A stretch of 64,000 nt of DNA from Clostridiales bacterium GWF2_38_85 (GTDB lineage Bacteria; Bacillota; Clostridia; Oscillospirales; CAG-382): assembly GCA_001797275.1 (NCBI GenBank), contig MGOY01000008.1, positions 14,083-78,082 on the forward strand. The letters are read 5' to 3'. The notes beneath the pieces were generated by a model that worked only from the letters and a program-made list of their open reading frames with translations, had not been told where the DNA came from and searched no databases. The position numbers and the translations under genes are program-made. Positions 49,054 to 57,668 of this stretch are shown one piece after another (position 1 is the first letter of the stretch; each line of letters begins with the position of its first letter).

Positions 49054-49676
49054 TATGCATATACCTCCTCTATTTTTTCAACAGCCGCTTTTGTAACTAT
49101 CATATTGTCGTACTTTAATATATTGTAGACATTGATTGTGTTTACTGTTGCTGTTTCAACACCCGGTATATTGCTGGCCGATCTGTAAATGAAGTTGTTA
49201 GGCTCAGCAGATACAATAAGTGATTTTTTTTCAGCTCCGAGAGCTTTAAGCATTGCGATTACATTCTTGGTCTTGTATTCGTCCATTGTGATATTATCTA
49301 AGATAATCAACTCATTGGCAAGAACCTTCGAAGAAAGCGCACTCTTCATCGCAATTCTCTTAACTTTTTTATTGATACTAACTCTATATGTGCGGGGTTT
49401 GGGTCCAAATGTTATACCACCGTGTGTCCATTGCGGCGAACGTATTGAACCTTGTCTTGCTCTGCCGGTTCCTTTCTGACGCCATGGTTTTTTACCACCG
49501 CCGGAAACCTCAGCTCTTGTAAGGGTAGATTGTGTACCCTGTCTTTGATTTAATAAATATGCTCTGACAACGGAGTGAAGCACTTCCTTATTTACTTTTG
49601 CTCCGAATATATTATCGGAAAGCTCTATTTCGCCGCATACCTTGCCTTGCATATCATGTATATTTAACTTTGGCAC
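49053..49676 (-). CDS. rplD: 50S ribosomal protein L4
   Basis: ..[22 protein letters not shown] pattern. Confidence 0.97.
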   Translation of the reverse strand: MPKLNIHDMQGKVCGEIELSDNIFGAKVNKEVLHSVVRAYLLNQRQGTQSTLTRAEVSGGGKKPWRQKGTGRARQGSIRSPQWTHGGITFGPKPRTYRVSINKKVKRIAMKSALSSKVLANELIILDNITMDEYKTKNVIAMLKALGAEKKSLIVSAEPNNFIYRSASNIPGVETATVNTINVYNILKYDNMIVTKAAVEKIEEVYA

Positions 49677-49696
49677 TTTAGTATCCTCCCTTCCGA

Positions 49697-50326
49697 TTAT
49701 TTCACTGTGTTGCGGATAAATACTATGCCGCCACGTGAACCCGGAACCGCTCCCTTGACAGCGATAAGATTCTTGTCAGAATCAATTTTTACAACTGTCA
49801 GATTTTGCATAGTAACTTTTTCGTTACCATATTGTCCCGCCATTTTTTTATTTTTAAAAACTCTTGATGGAGAGCTGTTCGCACCCATAGAACCGACCTG
49901 ACGGTGAACAGGACCTGTACCGTGAGTCATTCTGAGTCTGTGCTGTCCCCATCTTTTTATAACGCCGGAAAACCCACGACCTTTGGTTGTTCCGCTGATA
50001 TCAACCTTTTCACCTGCAGTGAACACATCAGCTGTTATAACATCGCCAACATTCATTTTGTCAGCATCATCAAGTTTGAATTCTGCAAGATATTTCTTGA
50101 ACGAAACTCCTACCTTAAGAAACTTACCTTTAGCAGGCTTTGTTAGCTTTCTTTCCTGAATATCAGAAAATCCGAGCTGTACTGAGTTGTATCCGTCTTT
50201 TTCGACAGTTTTCTTTTGTGTTATTACACATGGACCGGCACTAATTACTGTAACCGGTATAACGTTTCCGTTTTGGTCGAAAATCTGAGTCATTCCGACT
50301 TTACGACCGATGATTCCTTTTTTCAT
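49697..50326 (-). CDS. rplC: 50S ribosomal protein L3
   Basis: [16 protein letters not shown] pattern. Confidence 0.97.
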   Translation of the reverse strand: MKKGIIGRKVGMTQIFDQNGNVIPVTVISAGPCVITQKKTVEKDGYNSVQLGFSDIQERKLTKPAKGKFLKVGVSFKKYLAEFKLDDADKMNVGDVITADVFTAGEKVDISGTTKGRGFSGVIKRWGQHRLRMTHGTGPVHRQVGSMGANSSPSRVFKNKKMAGQYGNEKVTMQNLTVVKIDSDKNLIAVKGAVPGSRGGIVFIRNTVK

Positions 50327-50420
50327 TTTTTACTCCTTTGTTTGGTTATTGGTTGATCTTGCCAACTTGACCTCTCTCAACGAAAGGGTGAAAACTAATT
50401 CTCGCAAGCAAGAAATAGTA

Positions 50421-50732
50421 TTAGAGTTTAATCTCAATATCAACGCCTGCCGGTAACTCAAGTCCGGTAAGTGCATCAACAGCTTTCTTCGTGGGTTTGA
50501 TTATGTCAATCAAACGTTTATGGGTACGAAGCTCAAACTGCTCACGTGAATCCTTATACTTATGAACTGCGCGAAGGATTGTGATTATCTCTTTTCTGGT
50601 CGGTAGCGGGATAGGTCCCGAGACCGAAGCACCACAGCGTTTTGCTGTTTCAACAATCTTTTCCGACGCCTGATCAATCAGAGTGTGATCATAAGATTTA
50701 AGTCTGATACGGATTCTTTCTTTTGTTGCCAT
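50421..50732 (-). CDS. rpsJ: 30S ribosomal protein S10
   Basis: [15 protein letters not shown]...GPIPLPT pattern. Confidence 0.97.
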   Translation of the reverse strand: MATKERIRIRLKSYDHTLIDQASEKIVETAKRCGASVSGPIPLPTRKEIITILRAVHKYKDSREQFELRTHKRLIDIIKPTKKAVDALTGLELPAGVDIEIKL

Positions 50733-50830
50733 CTTGTTAGCCTCCTTATAAATTTTGACGGCTGCGGTCTTAACACGCGTCCGGGCGTTTCTTATTCAAC
50801 ATTTAAAAAACGCTGACCGCTTCGCCCGAT
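50733..50830 (-). promoter_or_regulatory. structured 5' leader of the S10 operon (candidate pseudoknot)
   Basis: Interleaved 6-bp GC helices: 764-769 pairs with 815-820, and 782-787 pairs with 823-828 (offsets within 50xxx), just upstream of AAGGAGG. Confidence 0.4.
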
Positions 50831-51047
50831 TTTCGGACATACTCTGTAAAAGTTACCTGCCGCCATCAGTTACGACAGCTTCCACAATGGCAATTGCGTG
50901 CAGCAATCTCTTACTTCATTGCATATCAAGCTTGGTAAGTATACAGCTTTTTCGCCCAAATTGCAATAGCTTTCTGCAAATTACTCAATTAATATTGTAA
51001 ACAATTTGTGAACTTCAAGTACGACGTATTATACACTGTATTATATA

Positions 51048-51472
51048 TTATTTTTTTATCAGCTTTTTATATGTATTCAACAATTCAATAAATTTGTTGG
51101 CATTACCGCCCAGATCAGGGTGATATTGTTTTTCAAGCTCATGGAATCTTCGTTTGATATCCCTCTCTGTAGCGTCATATGGCAAATTCATTTAAATCAA
51201 GACGCATGGATTATAATTTATTATATTTTGTGAAAATGTTTCATTATATATTTGGTTATAGACAAAAAATAGATATTCATCAACAATCTTCTTGTATTCT
51301 TCATGATTTAATTCAGACAGCTCAGATAGTGTATACCTTGCTATACTTTTGTTCGTTTCACGGAGTTCAAAAAAACTGTCCCATATTAGGCGAGTGTAAG
51401 GGGGTATTTGTTCACCGAACCTAAGTTTTATCTCCAGCTGCTTGAGTTTTCGTAGTTTACGCTAAATTTCAT
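51048..51472 (-). pseudogene. decayed gene for a protein with a C-terminal J domain (one frameshift and one in-frame stop)
   Basis: MKFSVNYEN.. reads into ..KLKQLEIKLRFGEQIPPYTRLIWDSFFELRE...NYNPCVLI after a frame change. A TAA follows, then MNLPYDATERDIKRRFHELEKQYHPDLGGNANKFIELLNTYKKLIKK, which carries the HPD motif. Confidence 0.55.
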
Positions 51473-51555
51473 CGAATTCCAAAGAATCCCCGCCAAAACA
51501 TTGTTAATAATATTGATGTCTCATCTTATCATACATACTATATTATTTCAACGGA

Positions 51556-51666
51556 TTTATATTAAACTAACAAATGAATTGTGATTTTATTAATTTGAAA
51601 AGACCAAAGAGTATAGACACTTTTCAAATTGCTTAGGTAATTCATTTATTAGTTTAATATAGTTAA
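51556..51666. repeat. AT-rich nested palindromic element, full copy 2
   Basis: ATATTAAACTAACAAATGAATT...AATTTGAAAAG(N17)CTTTTCAAATT...AATTCATTTATTAGTTTAATAT, followed by AGTTAA as in copy 1. Confidence 0.85.
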
Positions 51667-51740
51667 ATATGATAAAAATAATAGTTATTACCATGAAATT
51701 TCTTTTTACTTCTCTACTTTATTTTTATCTCAGTATGTGT

Positions 51741-51746
51741 TATAAT
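51741..51746 (+). promoter_or_regulatory. extended -10 box (TGTTATAAT) upstream of the TSCPD gene
   Basis: TG-n-TATAAT lies 39 nt upstream of the ATG. The -35 region is weak. Confidence 0.4.
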
Positions 51747-51784
51747 GTTGTTAAAAATATGAATTCATAATTTTCGAGGGTTAT

Positions 51785-52045
51785 ATGCAATATAAATTTA
51801 ATATGGAAGGTACTTGCACAAAGCAGGTTTCTTTCGAGATAGATGAAAATAATAAGATCAGAAAAACTTTTTTTCTCGGTGGGTGCAATGGAAACTCAAA
51901 AGGGATCGCAGCATTAGCTGAAGGAAGAACACCCGATGAAATTATTCCACTACTGCAAGGCATCCGTTGTAGTTTCAAAAATACTTCCTGTCCGGATCAG
52001 TTTTCTAAAGCACTACAAAAAGCAATTGATTGTAATAATAATTAA
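51785..52045 (+). CDS. TSCPD domain-containing small protein (TIGR03905-like)
   Basis: 86 aa with GGCNGN and NTSCPDQ motifs. Confidence 0.7.
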   Translation: MQYKFNMEGTCTKQVSFEIDENNKIRKTFFLGGCNGNSKGIAALAEGRTPDEIIPLLQGIRCSFKNTSCPDQFSKALQKAIDCNNN

Positions 52046-52095
52046 ATAATGAAAAGAACTTATGGATCTATTTATTCAAAAGGATGGAATTATAT

Positions 52096-53805
52096 ATGAA
52101 TACAGTATTCGAAAAATGGCTTAATTCCGATAAAATTGATGATGCCACCCGTGCTGAGTTGTTGGCTATGAAAGACAAGCCACATGAAATTGCGCTCGGA
52201 TTCAATAGTCCGATGCAATTCGGTACTGCCGGGCTGCGTAGCTTTATGGGTGCCGGAATCAGCAGAATGAACAAGTATACCGTTGCACACACAACTCAGG
52301 GACTTGCTTCACTCATACTCAGCGAAGAAGCAGCTGATAAAGGTGTAGTTATCGCATATGACAGCAGAAACAACTCTGAGTTGTTTGCAAAAACTGCTGC
52401 CTGTGTGCTTGCTGCCAACAAAATTAAAGTCTATCTTTTTGAATCTCTCAGACCAACCCCTGAGCTGTCTTTTGCTGTTTTATACCTCAAAGCGATAGCA
52501 GGTATCAATATAACAGCATCACACAATCCAAAAGAATATAACGGTTACAAAGTTTTCTGGTCTGATGGTGCACAACTGTCAGTCGAACACGCAGAAACAG
52601 TATCTGCTGCTGTTGAAAAGTCTGATATCTTTTATGATGTTTTTTATATCGATTTTAATGAAGCTGTCAATGCAGGTATTATTAATATAATAGGAAAAGA
52701 AATTGATGAGCCTTTCATGCAGGCTGTGCTTGATTGCAGGATCAACCCCGAGCTTATCGAAAAGTATGCAGATAGTCTTAATATAATCTACACCCCTTTT
52801 CACGGTGCCGGAGGATATCTTGTTCCCGAAACATTGAAAAGAGCAGGGTTGAATAATTTGCGGATTGTACCTGAGCAAAAAGAACCTGATGGAAATTTTC
52901 CTACTGTAAAAAGTCCTAATCCCGAAAACAAGGAAGGTTTTGCTCTCGCCATAAATATGGCACTCAATAGTGAGTGTGACTGCGATCTTATGATAGCGAC
53001 TGACCCGGATGCCGATCGAATTGGGATAATTATAAAAGATAGTGATGGCCTTTATTCTGCACTAAGTGGTAACCAGGTTGGGATATTGCTTGCAGAATAT
53101 ATTATTACAGCAAGAAAAGAAAAGGGTATTCTACCTGAAAATGCCTGTGCTGTCCGCTCAGTAGTTTCAAGCAGACTTTTCGATGCTATATGCATAGAAA
53201 ACGGTGTTACATCATTTATTGTTCTCACAGGATTTAAATATATCGGTGAAAAAATCAATGAGGTTCTCGAAAGTGGATCTAATACATTCATATTCGGTTA
53301 TGAGGAAAGCTGCGGATATCTGCCCGGTCCATATATCCGCGATAAAGACGGTATTGGTGCATCCTTGCTGTTTGTTGAACTTGCAGCATATTATCGCAGT
53401 AAAGGTAAGTCAGTTTATGAAGCTCTGCAGGACATTTATAATAAGTATGGCTATTATGATGAATACACTTTAAATAATATGATAGCAGGGTTAAATCCTA
53501 TGGCTGAGATGAACGGACGTATGGAAAATTTGCGTTCAAAACCTCGTTCAGAAATTTTTGAAACAAGCGTTTTACGTATTCGTGATTACAACACAGGAGA
53601 ACTACTTGACCTTATCACAGGTAACATTACAAAAGAATCGCTGCCTGTTTCCAATATGCTTGTATACGAGCTTGAGGATTCAACAGAAATTGCAATCAGG
53701 CCAAGCGGTACTGAACCAAAAGTAAAAATATATATTCTTGCTAAAGGAAAATCGGCACTCGATGTTAAAAATAAGATAGAAAAATATAAGAAAATAACAA
53801 TCTAA
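52096..53805 (+). CDS. phospho-sugar mutase (phosphoglucomutase/phosphomannomutase, PgcA-like)
   Basis: Active-site loop TASHNPKEYNGYKV and metal loop ATDPDADR. An alternative start lies at 52084. Confidence 0.9.
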   Translation: MNTVFEKWLNSDKIDDATRAELLAMKDKPHEIALGFNSPMQFGTAGLRSFMGAGISRMNKYTVAHTTQGLASLILSEEAADKGVVIAYDSRNNSELFAKTAACVLAANKIKVYLFESLRPTPELSFAVLYLKAIAGINITASHNPKEYNGYKVFWSDGAQLSVEHAETVSAAVEKSDIFYDVFYIDFNEAVNAGIINIIGKEIDEPFMQAVLDCRINPELIEKYADSLNIIYTPFHGAGGYLVPETLKRAGLNNLRIVPEQKEPDGNFPTVKSPNPENKEGFALAINMALNSECDCDLMIATDPDADRIGIIIKDSDGLYSALSGNQVGILLAEYIITARKEKGILPENACAVRSVVSSRLFDAICIENGVTSFIVLTGFKYIGEKINEVLESGSNTFIFGYEESCGYLPGPYIRDKDGIGASLLFVELAAYYRSKGKSVYEALQDIYNKYGYYDEYTLNNMIAGLNPMAEMNGRMENLRSKPRSEIFETSVLRIRDYNTGELLDLITGNITKESLPVSNMLVYELEDSTEIAIRPSGTEPKVKIYILAKGKSALDVKNKIEKYKKITI

Positions 53806-53829
53806 ACCTAAAAAATATGAAAATTACTA

Positions 53830-53858
53830 TTGCATCATAAAAAAAGATGTGATATAAT
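53830..53858 (+). promoter_or_regulatory. sigma-A-type promoter of rpsB
   Basis: TTGCAT (53830-53835), 17 nt, then TG-n-TATAAT (53853-53858). Confidence 0.65.
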
Positions 53859-53992
53859 ATCTTGCTTTGGTATGACAACAAGGCAAAAATAATACAAACA
53901 TCGCTTTGTAACATAAGGGTGCAACAAATAATGTATTTGTTGTGAGTTGTTATAAAAAAGAAGCGATGGGGTTTTAACCCAAGGAGGAAAAT
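53859..53992 (+). promoter_or_regulatory. structured rpsB 5' leader
   Basis: Long-range helix CATCGCTT (53899-53906) / AAGCGATG (53961-53968) encloses the hairpin ACAACAAATA-ATG-TATTTGTTGT. The hairpin GGGTT-TT-AACCC abuts the SD. Confidence 0.45.
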
Positions 53993-54766
53993 ATGTCAGT
54001 TATTTCAATGAAGCAATTGCTTGAAGCAGGTGTTCATTTTGGTCACCCGACCAGAAAATGGAACCCAAAAATGGCAGAGTACATTTTCACAGAAAGAAGC
54101 GGTATTTACATTATTGATCTTCAGAAAACTCTTAAAAAGGTTGAAGAATCTTATATGTTCGTCCGCAATACCGTTCAGGACGGTGGCAAGATCCTATTTG
54201 TCGGCACAAAAAAACAGGCTCAGGACGCTGTTAAGGATGAAGCACTGCGTTGTGAAATGTTTTATGTTAATGTTCGCTGGCTTGGCGGCATGATGACAAA
54301 CTACAAGACAATTAAAAAGAGCATTTCAAAATTAAAGAATCTTCGCCTAATGGAACAGGATGATACTTTCAACCTTCTTCCAAAAAAAGAAGTTGCAATG
54401 CTCAAAAAAGAAATCAGTGACCTTGAAAAGAACCTTGGCGGTATCAAGGATATGAACGGTCTTCCCTCTGCTGTTTTCATAATTGATCCTAAGAAGGAAA
54501 GAAATGCAGTTGAAGAAGCAAAAAAGCTTGGTATTCCGATCATAGCTATTGTTGATACAAACTGCGATCCTGATGAAATTGATTACATTATCCCCGGCAA
54601 TGATGACGCTATCCGTGCAATTAAGCTTATCTGCTCTGTTTTGGCTGATGCAGTTCTTGAAGCTAAGCAGGGTGTTCAAATGACAGATGCAGCTGCTGAA
54701 GCTGCCGCAGTCGCTGAAAAAGAAGAAGCTGATTCAGAAGAAGAAAGCGAAAGCTCTGATAAATAA
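53993..54766 (+). CDS. rpsB: 30S ribosomal protein S2
   Basis: [27 protein letters not shown] with an acidic C-terminal tail. Confidence 0.97.
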   Translation: MSVISMKQLLEAGVHFGHPTRKWNPKMAEYIFTERSGIYIIDLQKTLKKVEESYMFVRNTVQDGGKILFVGTKKQAQDAVKDEALRCEMFYVNVRWLGGMMTNYKTIKKSISKLKNLRLMEQDDTFNLLPKKEVAMLKKEISDLEKNLGGIKDMNGLPSAVFIIDPKKERNAVEEAKKLGIPIIAIVDTNCDPDEIDYIIPGNDDAIRAIKLICSVLADAVLEAKQGVQMTDAAAEAAAVAEKEEADSEEESESSDK

Positions 54767-54841
54767 TATATAATATAACTTTTCCGGATATTGCCCCAGA
54801 AATCTCCGGAATATATAAATAACTCTTTGGGGAGAAAGGAT

Positions 54842-54873
54842 ATTTGTTTATCTGTATTTGAAGATAAACAAAT
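54842..54873 (+). promoter_or_regulatory. perfect 11-bp hairpin between the strong SD and the tsf start codon
   Basis: ATTTGTTTATC(N10)GATAAACAAAT. GGGGAGAAAGGA lies at 54829-54840 and the ATG at 54884. Confidence 0.5.
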
Positions 54874-54883
54874 CAAGAAATTG

Positions 54884-55813
54884 ATGGCTATTTCCGCAAA
54901 AGATGTACAAAACTTAAGAGTTAAAACAGGCTGCGGCATGATGGAGTGTAAAAAAGCGCTTACAGAATGCAACGGTGATTTTGAAGAAGCTGTTAAATAT
55001 CTCAGAGAAAAAGGACTTGCTGTTGCTGCAAAGAAAGTGGACAGAATTGCTGCTGAAGGCATAGTTGATATATTAAAAAGTGATGACGGTATGACAACCG
55101 TAATGGTTGAAGTAAATGCTGAAACTGACTTCGTTGCAAAGAATGCAACTTTTCAGGAGTTTGTAAAAGGAATTCTAAATACAATTTCAATAAACAAACC
55201 GGCTGATGTTGATGCACTTCTTTCACTTCCTTACAACGATACTGAAAACACGGTTGAAGCAGAGTTGAAGAATAAGATTTTTACAATCGGTGAAAACATG
55301 TCAATCAGACGTTTTGCTTTAGTTAATGGTGTTACAGGCACGTACATCCACGGTAAAGGCAATGTTGGTGTTATCGTTAAGTTTGATGTCGACAATAAAG
55401 CAGCACAGAGCGATGAATTTGCAGAATTCGCAAAAAATATCTGTTTACAGGTAACTGCTATGAATCCTCTTTATCTTGATAAATCAAACGTTCCCGCAGA
55501 AATTATTGAGAATGAGAAACAGATTCTAATATCCCAAATTAAAAACGATGAGAAGAATGCCAATAAACCGGATGCAATCGTCGAAAAAATGGTTATCGGC
55601 AAAATCAACAAATACTACGATACAAACTGCTTGCTTGAGCAGATATATGTAAAAGACGAAGCAATGAACATTGCAAAGTATGTTGAAGCAACAGCAAAAG
55701 CACTCAACACATCAATATCAACCAACTCTTTCGTTAAATACGAAAAAGGTGAGGGCATCGAGAAGAAGTGCGAAGACTTTGCTGCCGAAATCGATAAGAT
55801 GATTAAAGGTTAG
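54884..55813 (+). CDS. tsf: translation elongation factor Ts
   Basis: MAISAKDVQNLRVKTGCGMMECKKAL. Trimmed from the ORF-track start at 54791. Confidence 0.96.
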   Translation: MAISAKDVQNLRVKTGCGMMECKKALTECNGDFEEAVKYLREKGLAVAAKKVDRIAAEGIVDILKSDDGMTTVMVEVNAETDFVAKNATFQEFVKGILNTISINKPADVDALLSLPYNDTENTVEAELKNKIFTIGENMSIRRFALVNGVTGTYIHGKGNVGVIVKFDVDNKAAQSDEFAEFAKNICLQVTAMNPLYLDKSNVPAEIIENEKQILISQIKNDEKNANKPDAIVEKMVIGKINKYYDTNCLLEQIYVKDEAMNIAKYVEATAKALNTSISTNSFVKYEKGEGIEKKCEDFAAEIDKMIKG

Positions 55814-55867
55814 AAATACTTCGAATTTTTCGAAGGTTATATATTGACTGATCTTAATATAATTATG

Positions 55868-55901
55868 CGCTGTGAAGATTTTATCTTTACAGCCTTTTTT
55901 T
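55868..55901 (+). terminator. intrinsic terminator after tsf
   Basis: GCTGTGAAG(N6)CTTTACAGC followed by a C and then TTTTTTT. Confidence 0.75.
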
Positions 55902-56014
55902 GTTAAAAACAATCGTTTACTATTGATTTTTATACCTTCCGGTGATATACTATTTTTAATATTGAAAAGTATCAACTCAGTTTTGGGTTGATATTTCATA
56001 AAAGGAGTAAGTCA

Positions 56015-57166
56015 ATGAACAACGATTTATCAAATGAAACTGTATCACCTGACCCTGAGCCTGAGCAAAACTCTATGCTTAACTCTGTACCAAATGAATC
56101 AATCAGTATTGAACAGGCAACAATATCAGATGAAACTATCTTAACTGCAGAAAAGACACAGGACAGCTTTCAACCCAAAACTCCTGAATACAGTTTTAAT
56201 TTTAAGAAAATCTTTGAAGAATGGAAAAGAGACGAAAAGTTCAAGTATGTTTCTACTCTTTTCTTCGTTCCGATGATTGTTTTTTTTGTAATAAGCTTTT
56301 TTTTGCAAACCAATCTCACAAATTTTCTAAATTTACAACAATTCACCTTTGAAGAAAGACTTATTATTTCAGATATATTAACTTTTATAATAATTTCTTT
56401 TCCAATAATAATTGCTGCTGTTCTTTTTCAAAAAAATATTTTTTCTCCTTTTATGTCAAAACCCAAAGTACCGAAAAGACCTTTTATGACTGCCTTTTTC
56501 GTACTTGGCGTAGGCTTTCTTTCCAGTATAATATTAGCTCCGATAACAAGTATTCTTCCAACTATGGAATCTACAAATGAATATTTCAGATCTCCTTTAG
56601 CAATTATTCTTACAGTAATTCAAATAGCTCTTATACCAGCTATTTTCGAAGAATGGTTATTCAGGGGAATGCTACTAAAACACCTGCTACCTATGAACAG
56701 ATCTGCTGCAATAATAATATCAGGTATAATGTTCGGAATGATGCATCAAAACCCCACTCAAGCTGTATTTGCTGCAATATTCGGTATGCTTCTCGGTGTA
56801 GTTTATGTAAATTCAGGTTGTAATATTTGGCTGACAATGCTGATTCATTTTATAAATAATGCATACTCTTTATTTACTGCATATATATATGATAAATTTC
56901 CTATGGGAAGTGTTCAATACTGGTGGTCTGAAATTCCTATTTATATTTGTATTGCAATTACATTCGGTTGTTTGATGTATTATGTTTTCTCTGGTAAAAA
57001 AGCTTTCTTTACATTGAAGGAGTCCGATGAAATTGAACCTTATGAAACAAAGCATGTTATTAAGAAAATACTTACAACCCCAACATTTTATATTGCGATA
57101 GCTTTTATGATTTTAAATCAAGTGATGACGATGGTAAGTATCACATATTATAACAATATAAGTTGA
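56015..57166 (+). CDS. CPBP family intramembrane glutamic endopeptidase (CAAX protease-like) with a long N-terminal extension
   Basis: Motifs EEWLFRG, FGMMHQ and HFINN. Start follows AAAGGAG. Confidence 0.85.
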   Translation: MNNDLSNETVSPDPEPEQNSMLNSVPNESISIEQATISDETILTAEKTQDSFQPKTPEYSFNFKKIFEEWKRDEKFKYVSTLFFVPMIVFFVISFFLQTNLTNFLNLQQFTFEERLIISDILTFIIISFPIIIAAVLFQKNIFSPFMSKPKVPKRPFMTAFFVLGVGFLSSIILAPITSILPTMESTNEYFRSPLAIILTVIQIALIPAIFEEWLFRGMLLKHLLPMNRSAAIIISGIMFGMMHQNPTQAVFAAIFGMLLGVVYVNSGCNIWLTMLIHFINNAYSLFTAYIYDKFPMGSVQYWWSEIPIYICIAITFGCLMYYVFSGKKAFFTLKESDEIEPYETKHVIKKILTTPTFYIAIAFMILNQVMTMVSITYYNNIS

Positions 57167-57167
57167 T

Positions 57168-57668
57168 ATGCAAAATAAAGATGATTTATATTTTATGAAA
57201 AAAGCTATCACAGCGGCAAAACGAGCATCAAGAGTCGGCGAGGTTCCTGTCGGTGCTGTTATTGTCAAAGGCACTGAGATCATCTCCGGCGGCAGAAATA
57301 TGCGTGAGCTGGATAAAAACTCTTTGCTTCATGCAGAGATAGTTGCAATAAACAGAGCCTGCAAAAAGCTCGGTAGATGGCGGTTGTCAGATTGTGATCT
57401 GTATGTAACCCTTGAACCCTGCCCCATGTGCACCGGGGCTGCAATCAATACACGGTTCAGACGGGTTATATTCGGTGCTTATGATAATAAGGCAGGTTCA
57501 CTTGGCTCTGTCATCAATCTCAACGAATTAGGTTATAATCATAAACTTGAGGTTGTGGGCGGAGTTATGAAGGATGAATGTGCTGCTTTGCTGTCAGACT
57601 TTTTCAAGCAGCTTCGAAACAGGATAATTAAACATAAAGAGGTGCAGTATGAAAATCCAATGGGATAA
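57168..57668 (+). CDS. tadA: tRNA-specific adenosine deaminase
   Basis: Motifs HAEIVAI and PCPMCTGA. Confidence 0.92.
   Translation: MQNKDDLYFMKKAITAAKRASRVGEVPVGAVIVKGTEIISGGRNMRELDKNSLLHAEIVAINRACKKLGRWRLSDCDLYVTLEPCPMCTGAAINTRFRRVIFGAYDNKAGSLGSVINLNELGYNHKLEVVGGVMKDECAALLSDFFKQLRNRIIKHKEVQYENPMG

Noticed and set aside
35554-50146. Numerous 60-130 aa ORFs antisense to or overlapping ribosomal protein, secY, rpoA and other genes (for example 40772-41155, 42174-42575, 45589-45987, 36461-36742)
   Set aside because: All lie within strongly supported conserved genes on the other strand or frame, and they have biased, low-complexity composition.
50733-51784. Replication-origin-like divergence of gene orientation (minus-strand genes to the left, plus-strand genes to the right) around a 1-kb gene-poor AT-rich region
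   Set aside because: No dnaA or dnaN is nearby, and no cluster of DnaA boxes is present (the best matches to TTATCCACA have at least 2 mismatches and occur singly). Decay or rearrangement explains the region better.
54676-55062. 128-aa minus-strand ORF spanning the rpsB-tsf junction, and the 54791 start proposed for tsf
   Set aside because: The minus-strand ORF is antisense to two well-supported genes. The EF-Ts N-terminus matches the canonical MAI..K.LR..TGAGMM.CKKAL only from the ATG at 54884.
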